A DNA stretch of 64,000 nt from Williopsis jadinii (taxonomy: Eukaryota): NCBI GenBank assembly GCA_024346625.1, contig AP024665.1, forward strand, positions 1,116,001 through 1,180,000, in the 5' to 3' direction. Both the position numbers and the translations under genes were made by a program. Every line of letters begins with the position of its first letter. Positions within the stretch are counted from its first letter, which is position 1. This document shows positions 63,701-64,000 of the stretch, one piece after another. The notes below the pieces were generated by a model that made no database searches, was not told where the DNA came from, and saw only the letters and a list, made by a program, of their open reading frames with translations.

Positions 63701-64000
63701 CAACGTATTTGTGCGTGATATCACTGGTTATGTCAAGCCTATAACACATTACACGAGGTATGCATCAATGCCATTGCGGAACTGTTACATATATTCTGGA
63801 ACGCTATGTGACACCGATCTCTTAGACAGGCTACTTCTACACGACTCTGGTAAGCAAGCTCTTCCAAGAGTGTATGAAGATGGCTGGTTATCTTCGGATG
63901 ATGAATCGAGTCGCTGCTTTACAATTTGGTTTGGCACCAAGCGTGCAATTTCTGGCAGTGCTGTGTCTAACGAGAAGTACAATGGTTTGGAAAACCCTGG
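60708..64000 (+). CDS. SPO71: Sporulation PH-domain protein Spo71; open at the window end, absent from the ORF track (alternative start 60786)
   Basis: IKIPPHSFTASRFLYA...VLLGEIPWTWY near the start, EKMLVLV...RIYDRWKEY, and LPRVYEDGWLSSDDESSRCFTIWFG near the end. The first and last motifs are in the same frame. Confidence 0.88.
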   Translation, partial: MTARTTLGTDGGVEPATRRDGRLELNMSPTTSTGSSTARTSQSEEANEIKIPPHSFTASRFLYADANEISASSTVVLLGEIPWTWYKEQHNHLASNYQNESPEVNALYSHGNEEESSSYKKDEKLNKLLESYYDAEAGEQSSGSDYEDEDEDENNQVEDDAGDADADIDVDVDLHPDSYTGSKRNSEPCDWDHDDHDDHDVFSVPSMANTRSSRRSSILRKLKIQQERPVPDISVETFSPEMAIPLHEMPNPPAIPGSRSQAGDTGTGSRVGTEVESFHTAFENPSDNVAPKDYSPIVANESSPKSSDTVLANTTPSTGLDADGLLLTPQVTTYSTTSKVRFDDDNLQKHMTRASIKSRISQLRPTPTEVSLEPETVNEYEHRFQKLFSAASHTKHMIKKDIQKSHGLLYKRFYASFKPGEIMKAEKMLVLVKTIENASRNTRFETFTEQEPCDTRIYDRWKEYMVIARSTGNPQQPIILQFRTKRTVVNSDSSNSSYEALSVTLSKSCIVNFYSALDRTIALVKGDKVYILRCQVPSSSIRWLSFLSSATGGNISNIVKLSIPSFNMALNINVNRDFFRKFLKHSHSGLKLIYTSDGYIIQGLPAVEYLSKKIKKKLIQAGLESKIKPFAHKPNAYGLCWRYYDRLEWLFGETLINLFWEQAMYRTHELELRAITHYPRTVDDPQGKILHEQPPLEGFLLRLTTKEGQLKRGPLHKQVFTFEYFFTSGHLLFFKSAYKSFPPLPYSENLMTRTDLPAQSPILEEIKSNLVPIFTHNPYTLDENNHIEWLNPNISPQEFKMRDRFAFAAFKRRITSISNASKVLNLTDVQSVGVFDPVDIPKSVEVASSFYWGSSDDQKNILHLERSDTYFYISLKNGSRMVLKAPSVQVRDEWVHRLQYHVKYWSLRIHKDHQLIKSMKETNIENLHMDEFAETDTFAFDTRWEKNNGTSSTEVYNVTSLAMFRPVSFSGYIYQKPKKHSKFKKYFATLIPGHLILFNVFVRDITGYVKPITHYTRYASMPLRNCYIYSGTLCDTDLLDRLLLHDSGKQALPRVYEDGWLSSDDESSRCFTIWFGTKRAISGSAVSNEKYNGLENP

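Overview
Eukaryotic DNA from a budding yeast (Saccharomycotina). It uses the standard code: CTG sits at conserved Leu positions, so this is not a CTG-Ser clade species. A Cyberlindnera/Wickerhamomyces-like lineage is an inference. The window is gene-dense, with about 39 protein genes: POP7 (3' end), a YPL108W-like ORF, DAL3, a YjbQ/UPF0047 gene, VPS55, RFC4, CQD1, VPS52, HMI1, POP3, GDE1, a vip1-like RRM gene, an RBH1/2-like PH gene, SWI3, EXO5, MRS3/4, STE5, a JLP1/TauD dioxygenase, COS111, ARL3, eIF3l, SFH5, TFA2, RPA34, CAR1, YHM2, PDA1, ATP12, PFD1, ATG27, RPL17, MNN11, GON7, eIF3m, COY1, SPO71 (runs off the right end) and several orphans. Nine short introns (55-89 nt) correct or rescue gene models that the ORF track truncates or misses. 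The best non-obvious feature is an intergenic box H/ACA snoRNA (about 37147-37321, snR8-like) with its own Tbf1/TATA promoter and an Nrd1-type terminator. Other highlights: a sulfonate dioxygenase with no Cys and only the initiator Met, an RPL17 promoter carrying both Tbf1/Cbf1 and Rap1/Fhl1 motifs, and retained eIF3l and eIF3m. No transposon, tRNA, rRNA or CRISPR was seen, and no clearly novel multi-gene system can be supported. Ortholog names come from recalled motifs and synteny, not from database searches.
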